DNA of 32,000 nt from NCBI GenBank assembly GCA_016196885.1, contig JACPWU010000021.1, positions 30,001-62,000 on the forward strand, written 5' to 3'. Numbering within the stretch: position 1 is the first letter of the stretch; the number at the start of each line of letters is the position of its first letter. Source of the stretch: Chlamydiota bacterium. Lineage in GTDB: Bacteria > Auribacterota > JACPWU01. This document shows positions 25,013 through 32,000 of this stretch, one piece after another. The notes beneath the pieces are model-generated. The model was not told the origin of the DNA. It saw nothing but the letters and a program-made list of their open reading frames with translations, and ran no database searches. A program made the translations under genes and the position numbers.

Positions 25013-25460
25013 ATTGTAGTCGCCCCATTTATGGGGCCATGCATGGATTGCCCGATAAATCGGGCGACTACGCTTGACGGATCAAGAATACTTGAGCCAA
25101 GTCCATATGCCAAAATTTATTTCTCCGACAGGCTCCTAGCCCGCATTTCTCATCAGATTTCGTCGCGAGTCCGCCTAAGGTGGATTGGAGGGGAGGTTGC
25201 ACGACTGAGGCCATGCGAGGCATACCTTACAGTATGTTGAGCGTGGCCGACCGAGTCTGCACGGAGGGACGAAGCGGAATCGGAGAAGAGCGGCAGAAAT
25301 CTGACGAGAAACGGCCATGACTTTCAGTCACAAAGGGGGATGAAAATCACCCTTGTAGTCGCCCCATTTATGGGGCTGCCCGATGAATCGGGCGACTACA
25401 AGTAATCATAACTTATTGTATAAAAATAAGTAAAGACTATTTTCAGATGAAACGCGGGCT
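25013..25460 (-). repeat. Second copy of the composite repeat (Y-junction copies 3 and 4, a 148-nt conserved module and a GC-rich structured module)
   Basis: 25313-25460 is the near-identical reverse complement of 2052-2199. The Y copies are at 25014-25070 and 25352-25402. The GC-rich module, 25140-25320, is closed by a 16-bp stem (25146-25161 / 25296-25311). The only ORF (25010..25240) is implausible. Confidence 0.6.
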
Positions 25461-26115
25461 AAAACCCTGCCTGAGATTCTAACTGCTTCTGCCAGGCTAG
25501 GCGAATCATTTCTAATTTTCTCAAAATATCTTGGAAAGAAGACCCTTGGTCTATCATCATAACCAGTTCATCAATATCTTTCGTCGTCAATCCCAGATTG
25601 ACACTTCTCGTCTCTTGTTGGACCCAGGTCACATTTCTGCGAATCAAATCTAAGCTGCCCGGTTTCTCCTCTCTGGAGAAGGACTGGACATAAGAGGCCA
25701 CACATTCTGCACCTTCTAAATGCACTCCCAATATAAAAAGGCTTGAAATCTGTGTGCTTAAACTCGCCCACGTGTTTTGTTCAAACTCAATGCTGCCAAG
25801 CAAACTCTGTCGAATTTCTGGAAAAGTGAGCTGATCTAACTGAGATTGAAGCTGAACCAGAGAATTGGCTGGATTTCCCATTCTTCGAGAAGTATCAATG
25901 CTCCAGGAAAGATTTCGCTTGATTAAATCGAGGGACCCTGGTCTTTCAGCTGTTGAAAAAGCCTCATTCAAAGAAGCGGTGCACTCGGCCCCTCCCAATT
26001 GTATCCCCAAAATAAACACGTCCCTCTTCATTTCATCAGCCAAGGATTTTCCAGGATGAAAAACAGCAAGGGTTAGAACCAAAAATAAAGCCTCAACAAA
26101 GGATTTAAGTTTCAA
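25459..26115 (-). CDS. Secreted protein of unknown function built from two tandem ~90-aa repeats
   Basis: The TTG start at 26115 lies 5 nt after AAAGGAGG. The signal peptide is MKLKSFVEALFLVLTLAVFHPGKSLA. The internal duplication is VFILGIQLGGAECTASLNEAFSTAERPGSLDLIKRNLSW and LFILGVHLEGAECVASYVQSFSREEKPGSLDLIRRNVTW. Confidence 0.6.
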   Translation of the reverse strand: MKLKSFVEALFLVLTLAVFHPGKSLADEMKRDVFILGIQLGGAECTASLNEAFSTAERPGSLDLIKRNLSWSIDTSRRMGNPANSLVQLQSQLDQLTFPEIRQSLLGSIEFEQNTWASLSTQISSLFILGVHLEGAECVASYVQSFSREEKPGSLDLIRRNVTWVQQETRSVNLGLTTKDIDELVMMIDQGSSFQDILRKLEMIRLAWQKQLESQAGF

Positions 26116-26160
26116 GAAAACCTCCTTTCATTAAGAGCAGTGAATAGCACTTAAATGTTT

Positions 26161-26176
26161 TGTTCCACGTGGAACA
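26161..26176. promoter_or_regulatory. parS: parS centromere-like site (TGTTCCACGTGGAACA) at the centre of a 32-nt perfect palindrome
   Basis: It matches 15 of 16 positions of the consensus TGTTNCACGTGAAACA. The palindrome AAATGTTTTGTTCCACGTGGAACAAAACATTT spans 26153-26184. Confidence 0.75.
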
Positions 26177-26186
26177 AAACATTTAA

Positions 26187-27641
26187 TTAACTTCCAAAAA
26201 AATCATCCAGGGTTAAAATGGTATCAAAATAAGCCCCTGTCTTCACTGCTTTTTGAACGCCGTGGGAGGCAATGAGGACTCTGCGAAAACTTTTTTTCTT
26301 GAGTTGGAGATGCGTTTCAAAAAGTTTTATCTTATCCTCAAAAGCATGAACTACTTCCATCCCGACAGGCCTTCTCTGATATTTGATTTCGCAAAGCGTT
26401 ATCACGTGATCATCCCGGTCAAAGACAAGATCCATTTGAAAACCAGGATTCTTGTCTTGAGTCTTCCGGTTAAAAAAGACCCCGTGGCGATATCGGACAG
26501 ATGCAAATCCCAAAAGATCGGCAAGGTCTGTATGATGGCTTCTACAAAACCTCTCGAAGGCCAAACCCAACCATTTTTGATAACTTGAAACATCGAGTCC
26601 CATCCCGGGATTTTCGTCAAAGTCACCCAGGGTAATACGATTCAGTTGGGGTCGGATAAATTTATTGTAGAATTGAATGTAGTAGTCTCTGATACCGTAT
26701 CTGACCAGTAGACTTTTGAAATCAGCGAAATAAGGGGTGTTTCTCTCGATAAAGGTACATCTTTCAAGGTCCTCAAGCACTTTTGTGATCTCGCCGCCAG
26801 AACTGATTCCCAGATGATGGGCAATTTCATCACGGGTTGAAAATTTTTTGCGGGACAAGAAGTCTAGGATTTTTTGATAATGTTTGTTCGAAGATAAACT
26901 GCTCGTAAAAATGCGATCGTATTCTCTTACAAAAAGGCCGGTGGAAGAAAATGCGTTTTGGCAAATTCCTAAAAAGACAGAATCCGCTTCTTTAAGATAT
27001 TTCAAATACTCTGGAATTCCGCCCACCGTCAAATAGGCCTCCATGACTTCTTCATGAGATCGGCTTCCAAGAAATGTTTTAACCTCTTTCACGGAAAGTT
27101 CTTTCAGGTGAAATTCATGCATGGAACGATTGTATAACGCCTTGGAATGCAATACCTTATTAACCAAAAAGGAAGGGGAAGACCCACACAGAATGAGCAA
27201 GAGCTTTGGATGATGTCTAAAATGATTGTCCCAAGCCCACTTCAAATCAGAAATAAATTCATCTTTTTGATCTGCTAGCCACTGAACCTCTTCAAAGTAA
27301 AGGGTCCAGATCCCTTTTCGAAGGGCATCTGCCAGAATTTTGAAAAACTCCATCCAGGTCTCATGTCCGGAAAAAGGGCGTTTCTTTTTTTTAAGGTAAT
27401 AGCCCAATTGGATATAACAACGTTTCAGTTGTTCAGAGCCCTTAAGTCCTTCAACCCCCTCAAATTTCAGGATATTCCGGTCCCGAAAGGTTTGTTCCAA
27501 AAGCTCGGTTTTCCCAACCCGGCGACGGCCGTACATCACGATGATTTGGGCCTTGGGGGAATGGGCAATCTGGAGGAGCTTTTCTTGTTCCTGCCTTCGT
27601 CCAATGAAATTGGAATGAATGGGTATTTGTTTGGATTTCAT
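26187..27641 (-). CDS. AAA+ ATPase (archaeal-ATPase/PF01637-like) with wHTH and a C-terminal DUF234-like PD-(D/E)xK nuclease-fold domain
   Basis: FIGRRQEQEKL...IVMYGRRRVGKTELL (Walker A), a LYFEEVQW Walker B-like motif, a wHTH-like segment KILDFLSRKKFSTRDEIAHHLGISSGGEITKVLEDL, and the C-terminal MDLVFDRDDHVITLCEIKY (D...E-x-K). The ATG is at 27641; the track start at 27653 is a TTG. Confidence 0.75.
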   Translation of the reverse strand: MKSKQIPIHSNFIGRRQEQEKLLQIAHSPKAQIIVMYGRRRVGKTELLEQTFRDRNILKFEGVEGLKGSEQLKRCYIQLGYYLKKKKRPFSGHETWMEFFKILADALRKGIWTLYFEEVQWLADQKDEFISDLKWAWDNHFRHHPKLLLILCGSSPSFLVNKVLHSKALYNRSMHEFHLKELSVKEVKTFLGSRSHEEVMEAYLTVGGIPEYLKYLKEADSVFLGICQNAFSSTGLFVREYDRIFTSSLSSNKHYQKILDFLSRKKFSTRDEIAHHLGISSGGEITKVLEDLERCTFIERNTPYFADFKSLLVRYGIRDYYIQFYNKFIRPQLNRITLGDFDENPGMGLDVSSYQKWLGLAFERFCRSHHTDLADLLGFASVRYRHGVFFNRKTQDKNPGFQMDLVFDRDDHVITLCEIKYQRRPVGMEVVHAFEDKIKLFETHLQLKKKSFRRVLIASHGVQKAVKTGAYFDTILTLDDFFGS

Positions 27642-27740
27642 AAAAATCGCCAATTACTGTTGTAAAATCTCATAATTGGCGATTTTTGTCAATATTTTAT
27701 CCAAATAGTATCATTTTTATAGCTATTTGGATAATGGGTC

Positions 27741-29564
27741 TCATCTCCCGACCCCGCTTTGCTTACGAAGATAAATGAGAAGGGTCGTAATATCCGCGGG
27801 TGAAACCCCTGAGATTCTCGCGGCTTGACCGAGGGAACGGGGCTGAATGGAAGCGAGTTTTTCCTGGGCCTCTCTTCTAAGGCCTTGAATGGAGGCAAAG
27901 TCCATCGCAAGGGGTATGATTTTATCTTCTAATCTTTGCATTTTCTCTATCGTCTGCTTTTCTCTTTGAATATAACCCTCGTACTTGGCCTCGATTTCGA
28001 CCTGGCGAATCACATCTTGAGGGAGGGAACTTGCTTTTCCTTCGAGTCCCAGCAAAGTGGTATAAGAGGACGCGGGCCTTTTTAAAATCTGATAAAGGGT
28101 TTCTTGTCCATGTCGTGTTTTCTTTAAACGATTGAGCTCTTCCTGTATTTTTTCATTTTTTTCTTCCAGGGCTTCAAGGGCCGTTTTAGGAATAAGCCCC
28201 ATTTTATAGCCGTAATGCATCAAGCGGGTATCTGCATTGTCTTGCCTTAAGAGAAGCCGATATTCGGCCCGGGAGGTAAACATGCGGTAAGGTTCCTTTG
28301 TTCCCTTGGTCACCAAATCATCTATCAAAACCCCGATATAGGCCTCCGAGCGTTTTAAAATCAAGGGTTCTTTGCCCAGAAGCTTCAGCCCCGCATTGAT
28401 CCCAGCCATCAGGCCTTGAGCCCCTGCTTCCTCATAGCCACTCGTCCCATTGATTTGACCCGCCAAGAAAAGGTTCGAGAGGGTCTTGGTCTCTAAAGTT
28501 GCATGAAGCTGCGTGGGAGGAGCAAAGTCATATTCCACCGCATAACCATAGCGAATGATTTCGGCATGCTCGAGCCCTGTAATCGAATGAACAATCTCTT
28601 CCTGAACATCTTCAGGTAAGCTCGTGGAAGAACCATTGATGTAAATTTCATCCGTGTCCAATCCTTCGGGCTCTAAAAAGATCTGATGCTTTAATTTATC
28701 TGGAAATCGCATGATTTTGTCTTCAATCGAAGGACAGTAACGCGGCCCAATTCCTACAATCCTCCCTGAATAGAGCGGAGAGCGATGAATGTTTTTCCGA
28801 ATCACTTCGGCCGTTCGATCGGTCGTATAAGTGATATAGCAAGGAACCTGTAGGAGTCTCTTTTCCACGGGGAAATGAGAAAAGGAATAGGGCTCGGGAT
28901 CGCCATGCTGAACTTGAACTTTCGAGTAATCAATAGACCGCTCACTGATTCGAGGCGGCGTTCCTGTCTTCAAACGCAAGAGTTCAATGCCTGCTTTTTG
29001 AAGGCAGTCCGAGAGCCCGTAAGAAGGAAATTCTCCCGCTCGACCCGCGGCAAAAGAAGATTCTCCCACGTGACATAATCCCTTTAAGAAAGTGCCTGTC
29101 GTAATAATGACAATTTTGCCTTTATAAATCGTTCCTGAATTTGTCTTAACTCCTTCTACTACATTATCTTTTAAAATTAACTCCTCGACAATCACTTGCC
29201 TTAAATCCAAATGAGGCTGCCTCTCAACCACGTGACGCATTTCGATGGAGTATTGCTTTTTATCCGCTTGGGCCCGGGGAGCCCAGACAGCCGGGCCCTT
29301 GCTCATGTTGAGCATTCTAAACTGAATGCTGGTTTTATCCGTGATTTTGGCCATTTCTCCACCCAGGGCATCCATTTCCCTCACCAAATGGCCCTTGGCG
29401 ATTCCCCCAATCGCCGGATTGCAGGGCATTTTGGCCACGGTGTCCAAATTGAGCGTGAAAAGGGCGGTCTCCAGGTTCATCCGGGCCGTGGCCAGAGCCG
29501 CCTCACAACCCGCATGGCCCGCACCAACCACAATAACGTCATAGGTTTTTGGATAGATATACAT
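27741..29564 (-). CDS. mnmG: tRNA uridine-5-carboxymethylaminomethyl(34) synthesis enzyme MnmG (GidA)
   Basis: YDVIVVGAGHAGCEAALATARM FAD motif and GPRYCPSIEDK, with a conserved sequence throughout. The start is placed at the ATG at 29564 (MYIYPKTYDVIVVG). The track ORF extends upstream into an A/T-rich spacer. Confidence 0.93.
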   Translation of the reverse strand: MYIYPKTYDVIVVGAGHAGCEAALATARMNLETALFTLNLDTVAKMPCNPAIGGIAKGHLVREMDALGGEMAKITDKTSIQFRMLNMSKGPAVWAPRAQADKKQYSIEMRHVVERQPHLDLRQVIVEELILKDNVVEGVKTNSGTIYKGKIVIITTGTFLKGLCHVGESSFAAGRAGEFPSYGLSDCLQKAGIELLRLKTGTPPRISERSIDYSKVQVQHGDPEPYSFSHFPVEKRLLQVPCYITYTTDRTAEVIRKNIHRSPLYSGRIVGIGPRYCPSIEDKIMRFPDKLKHQIFLEPEGLDTDEIYINGSSTSLPEDVQEEIVHSITGLEHAEIIRYGYAVEYDFAPPTQLHATLETKTLSNLFLAGQINGTSGYEEAGAQGLMAGINAGLKLLGKEPLILKRSEAYIGVLIDDLVTKGTKEPYRMFTSRAEYRLLLRQDNADTRLMHYGYKMGLIPKTALEALEEKNEKIQEELNRLKKTRHGQETLYQILKRPASSYTTLLGLEGKASSLPQDVIRQVEIEAKYEGYIQREKQTIEKMQRLEDKIIPLAMDFASIQGLRREAQEKLASIQPRSLGQAARISGVSPADITTLLIYLRKQSGVGR

Positions 29565-29646
29565 GTTTTCACCCACACCCATCATCCGTTTGAGTCTGAA
29601 AAATAGCAAAAAAAAACCGTTTTGAATATGAGGATTTTTTGCTTTT

Positions 29647-30315
29647 TTATTTTGAGGCAATACTAACATCCTTGATTACTTGGGGCAGGTATAAATTCAT
29701 CCAAGAGGTTTGTTTCTGAGAAAGAACCTCTTTTGTCCCAATACCCTTTGTCATTTCAAAACAGCCATTCATTTGAATTAAGAGTTCACGGACCTCTAAG
29801 CTTTCTGAAAGATTCTCCAAGGCCTTTCTAAATTCACTCGGGTAACTCGCATGAAGAAGGCATAGGTCATAAATATCTGTAGGTTCAATTCGATCCACAA
29901 CACAATAGAGTTTCTCCAGGATCATGTCTTTTTCAGATAAAATCGGGCACCGAAGTTCGGGCTCATAAAGCAATGTGACCGGACGCCAAATTTTTCCAAT
30001 ATCGACTTTTGTTTCAAGTTTGGGATATCTGATATACAGTTGACAGAAGTGTTCTCCACGACGCGTAATTCTATATTTAACCTTCTCAAGATTACACTGC
30101 TTCACAAGCTCAAGCATCGCCTTGTAACTAGAGATTTCTTCTTTCGGGGAGAGAATATCTACGTCCTTACTGTTGCGCGCATGTTGTGGAAGTCTTAAGG
30201 TTAGCCACGTTCCTCCCGAGAGGGCATAATTTTTACGGATGAGCGGACATTTTAAAATCCATTTGGCAAGTGATAAAATATCTTGCCTTGAAGGCTCTTC
30301 AGGCATTTTTTTCAT
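29647..30315 (-). CDS. Nucleotidyltransferase-fold protein, AbiEii/DUF1814-like candidate toxin
   Basis: The Pol-beta-type NTase motif is ALSGGTWLTLRLPQHARNSKDVDIL (hGG...DxD), with a later acidic residue (TKVDIG). It overlaps the upstream HTH gene by 17 nt (or 8 nt if the ATG at 30306 is used). Confidence 0.5.
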   Translation of the reverse strand: MKKMPEEPSRQDILSLAKWILKCPLIRKNYALSGGTWLTLRLPQHARNSKDVDILSPKEEISSYKAMLELVKQCNLEKVKYRITRRGEHFCQLYIRYPKLETKVDIGKIWRPVTLLYEPELRCPILSEKDMILEKLYCVVDRIEPTDIYDLCLLHASYPSEFRKALENLSESLEVRELLIQMNGCFEMTKGIGTKEVLSQKQTSWMNLYLPQVIKDVSIASK

Positions 30316-30703
30316 AAAGACCTCGAATCAGACTTTTGCGAAAAATTCTTTCAAGAAGGGTTCTTCCTTTGCGCACATATTTTTCCGCCACAGACCTTTG
30401 AATCATTTTAGGAATGAGTTGTGGGGCACGCCTAAAAAGAATGGGAATCATTTCTTCTTTCGATGGGATTGATTGTTCTCTCCAGAAGATTGAATAGGGA
30501 GCTATTTTTTGAGGTCTTCCAGAGGAATAGTGTCCTTGAATTTTTTTAAAACGATCGAAAGAAGCTAATGGAATAAACCAGGTATGTCCCTTTTTCAAAC
30601 ATTGCTTCAAGCGCTTTTCCCGGCAATATCGAGCCATCAAGGACTTCGTAATTCCTAATCTTGCCGCTGCCTCAGTGGCTGTTAAGAAAACATTCTTCAT
30701 CAT
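30299..30703 (-). CDS. Excisionase/MerR-like HTH (HTH_17-type) DNA-binding protein, candidate antitoxin/regulator
   Basis: LTATEAAARLGITKSLMARYCREKRLKQCLKKGHTWFIPLASFDRF. I place the start at ATGATG (30703), which lies 6 nt downstream of a TATAAT box (30715-30710) with TTCAAA 17 nt further upstream, suggesting a leaderless mRNA. The track start at 30844 is a TTG inside a repeat motif. Confidence 0.5.
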   Translation of the reverse strand: MMKNVFLTATEAAARLGITKSLMARYCREKRLKQCLKKGHTWFIPLASFDRFKKIQGHYSSGRPQKIAPYSIFWREQSIPSKEEMIPILFRRAPQLIPKMIQRSVAEKYVRKGRTLLERIFRKSLIRGLYEKNA

Positions 30704-30859
30704 GATTTTATTATACACTATTTTGAACAATTTTTGAAAAATTTTGGGATGGTAGACTTTGGTCAAATGGACTGGATTTGATTCGGGAATTTTAAAGGTT
30801 AAAGATTTTAAGTATTTTAACCCTTGGACGTTTGAACTTTTCAACCCTTAAACTTTTTT

Positions 30860-32000
30860 TCACTTCCCAATGCAAAACCTCGAGAAAAGGGTCTGGATCA
30901 TTTCTTCATTGACAGAGGTGCCCAATAATTCATCCCATTTCAGAAGGGCGCTGTGAAGATCGCTGGAGATCAAGTCATCTCCTAAATTGTTTTCTAAGGC
31001 GTTCTGGGCACTCCTCAAGTCTTTCTCCACCGCCTGCAAGATTTCTTGATGCCGGGCGTTGACGAGGTATTGGCATTCTAAAATGTCATTTTTGGATTTC
31101 ACCCATTTTAGAAGAGCCTCTTCCAGCGTTTTCAAACCCTGTCCCAAAAGGAGAGAAGTTTCAAAAAAAGGATGGCGAGGAAAGGTTTTTAAAATTTCAC
31201 TTTTCGAAAAATTTTTGTTCAAATCCACTTTGTTAAAAATCAACATCGCATCTTTTCCATTGCCCAACCAGGGTTGGACCTTGGTAAGATCAAAAGGGGA
31301 GCCAGAGACATCAAAAATCCACAAAATTAAATCCGCTTCTTCATATTGATGATGCGTGACTTCAATTCCCTTTTTCTCGACAATGTTTTCGGGTTCTCTC
31401 AGGCCCGCCGTGTCTACCAAACGCAAGGGAACGCCATTAAAATTCATTTCGTATTCGATAGCATCTCTCGTTGTGCCCGGTAGTTCAGTCACAATGGCCA
31501 ATTCTTTTTTGGCCAATGAATTGAGAAGACTGGATTTTCCAACATTGGGCTCTCCCATGAGAACCCCTTTAAAACCCTCTTTCAAGATGCGTCGCGTTTT
31601 GGCCCCTTTTAAAAGATTCTGAATTTCGTCCCTGATTTCTTTTAGAAGTTGAGCGTAATCTCGCGGGGAAACGCCTTGCGGAACATATTCTGGAAAATCA
31701 ATGTTGGCCTCGGTCTCGACCATCACGTCAAAAATTTTTTGACGGAGGTTGAGTAATTTTCCAGAGAATTCTCCTTTCAGTTGCTGGAGGGCATATTTTC
31801 TTTGCAGTTCGGATTTTGCCTGAATCAAATCTATAACGGCCTCTGCCTGAGAAAGGTCTAAGCGGCCATTTAAAAAGGCCCTTTGGGTGAATTCTCCTGG
31901 CCGGGCTAGGCGGGCCCCTTTTTCCAAGATGAGCGACAGAATTCTTTGAGCCAGATAGGGGCTTCCGTGGAGATAAATTTCAAAAGAGTCTTCGCAGGTG
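30860..32000 (-). CDS. mnmE: tRNA modification GTPase MnmE (TrmE), N-terminus outside the window
   Basis: The frame stays open to the window edge (..EDSFEIYLHGSPYLAQRILSLILEKGARLARPGEFTQRAFLNGRLDLSQAEAV). The G-domain has GEPNVGKSSLLN and DTAGLRE, and the C-terminus is the hallmark FCIGK. The 31927 start in the track is only an internal TTG. Confidence 0.93.
   Translation of the reverse strand, partial: TCEDSFEIYLHGSPYLAQRILSLILEKGARLARPGEFTQRAFLNGRLDLSQAEAVIDLIQAKSELQRKYALQQLKGEFSGKLLNLRQKIFDVMVETEANIDFPEYVPQGVSPRDYAQLLKEIRDEIQNLLKGAKTRRILKEGFKGVLMGEPNVGKSSLLNSLAKKELAIVTELPGTTRDAIEYEMNFNGVPLRLVDTAGLREPENIVEKKGIEVTHHQYEEADLILWIFDVSGSPFDLTKVQPWLGNGKDAMLIFNKVDLNKNFSKSEILKTFPRHPFFETSLLLGQGLKTLEEALLKWVKSKNDILECQYLVNARHQEILQAVEKDLRSAQNALENNLGDDLISSDLHSALLKWDELLGTSVNEEMIQTLFSRFCIGK

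Noticed and set aside
25010-25240. 76-aa plus-strand ORF
   Set aside because: It starts inside a Y-junction palindrome and runs through the mosaic repeat. There is no SD and no recognisable domain, so it is most likely an artefact of repeat sequence.
25146-25311. Hammerhead ribozyme, suggested by CUGAUGAG (minus strand, about 25158-25151) and CUGACGAG (plus strand, 25301-25308) next to GAAA
   Set aside because: The CUGANGA boxes are simply the two arms of one 16-bp stem. No stem II hairpin followed by GAAA and a stem III/cleavage triplet can be drawn in the required order.
2110-25402. CRISPR array formed by the repeated GTAGTCGCC... hairpins
   Set aside because: There are only four copies, tens of kb apart, in both orientations and without regular spacers. 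No cas genes are in the window.
27690-27740. Replication origin (oriC) in the A/T-rich mnmG-ATPase spacer
   Set aside because: There are only two DnaA-box-like 9-mers (8/9 match) forming one palindrome. There is no box cluster, no obvious AT-rich unwinding repeats, and no dnaA or dnaN nearby. That is insufficient for an origin call.
27689-27910. 73-aa minus-strand ORF overlapping the 3' end of mnmG
   Set aside because: It is out of frame within the conserved mnmG C-terminus and extends into the spacer palindromes, with no supporting signals.
29065-29240. Additional parS sites at CACGTG motifs inside mnmG (TCTCCCACGTGACATA at about 29066, TCAACCACGTGACGCA at about 29223)
   Set aside because: They match the 16-nt consensus at only 11-12 positions, and the flanking half-sites are not palindromic. 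They are most likely chance occurrences in coding sequence.
30704-30844. Longer N-terminus (TTG at 30844) for the HTH protein
   Set aside because: The extra 47 codons start at a TTG inside the 27-nt post-stop repeat motif and have no SD. The ATGATG at 30703 is preceded by a TATAAT box, and the HTH domain begins right after it.

Overview
This looks like an origin-proximal chromosomal segment of an unidentified bacterium with moderate GC; no rRNA, tRNA or CRISPR array was seen. The plus strand carries the 3' part of glnD and a SAM-dependent methyltransferase. A long minus-strand operon runs from an Rrf2-family regulator through sufB, sufC, sufD, sufS, sufU and sufT to tsaC and a pseudouridine synthase. 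It is followed by a delta-9-type fatty-acid desaturase. The accessory block at 12.1-21 kb holds a double zinc-ribbon/His6 protein, then a c-di-GMP-I (GEMM-I)-like riboswitch with its own promoter and terminator. That riboswitch precedes a secreted stand-alone I9 propeptide-like protein and a 2368-aa secreted protein with two complete I9+subtilase modules and four C-terminal beta-sandwich repeats. The remaining minus-strand genes are rsmI, an M48 peptidase, parB, parA, mnmG and partial mnmE. Two near-consensus parS sites lie near parAB. A small island (AAA+ ATPase with a nuclease-like C-terminus, plus a secreted two-repeat protein) sits between mnmG and parA. An AbiE-like HTH/nucleotidyltransferase pair sits between mnmE and mnmG. 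The most unusual aspect is the number of small structured repeat families. These are a ~155-nt element present twice inside the suf operon with compensatory base changes, a Y-shaped three-way-junction palindrome in four copies, a TIR-bounded mosaic element with an inverted internal module, and a repeat that has become coding sequence in sufS and parA. All calls come from reading the sequence and the ORF translations; no searches or folding programs were run.
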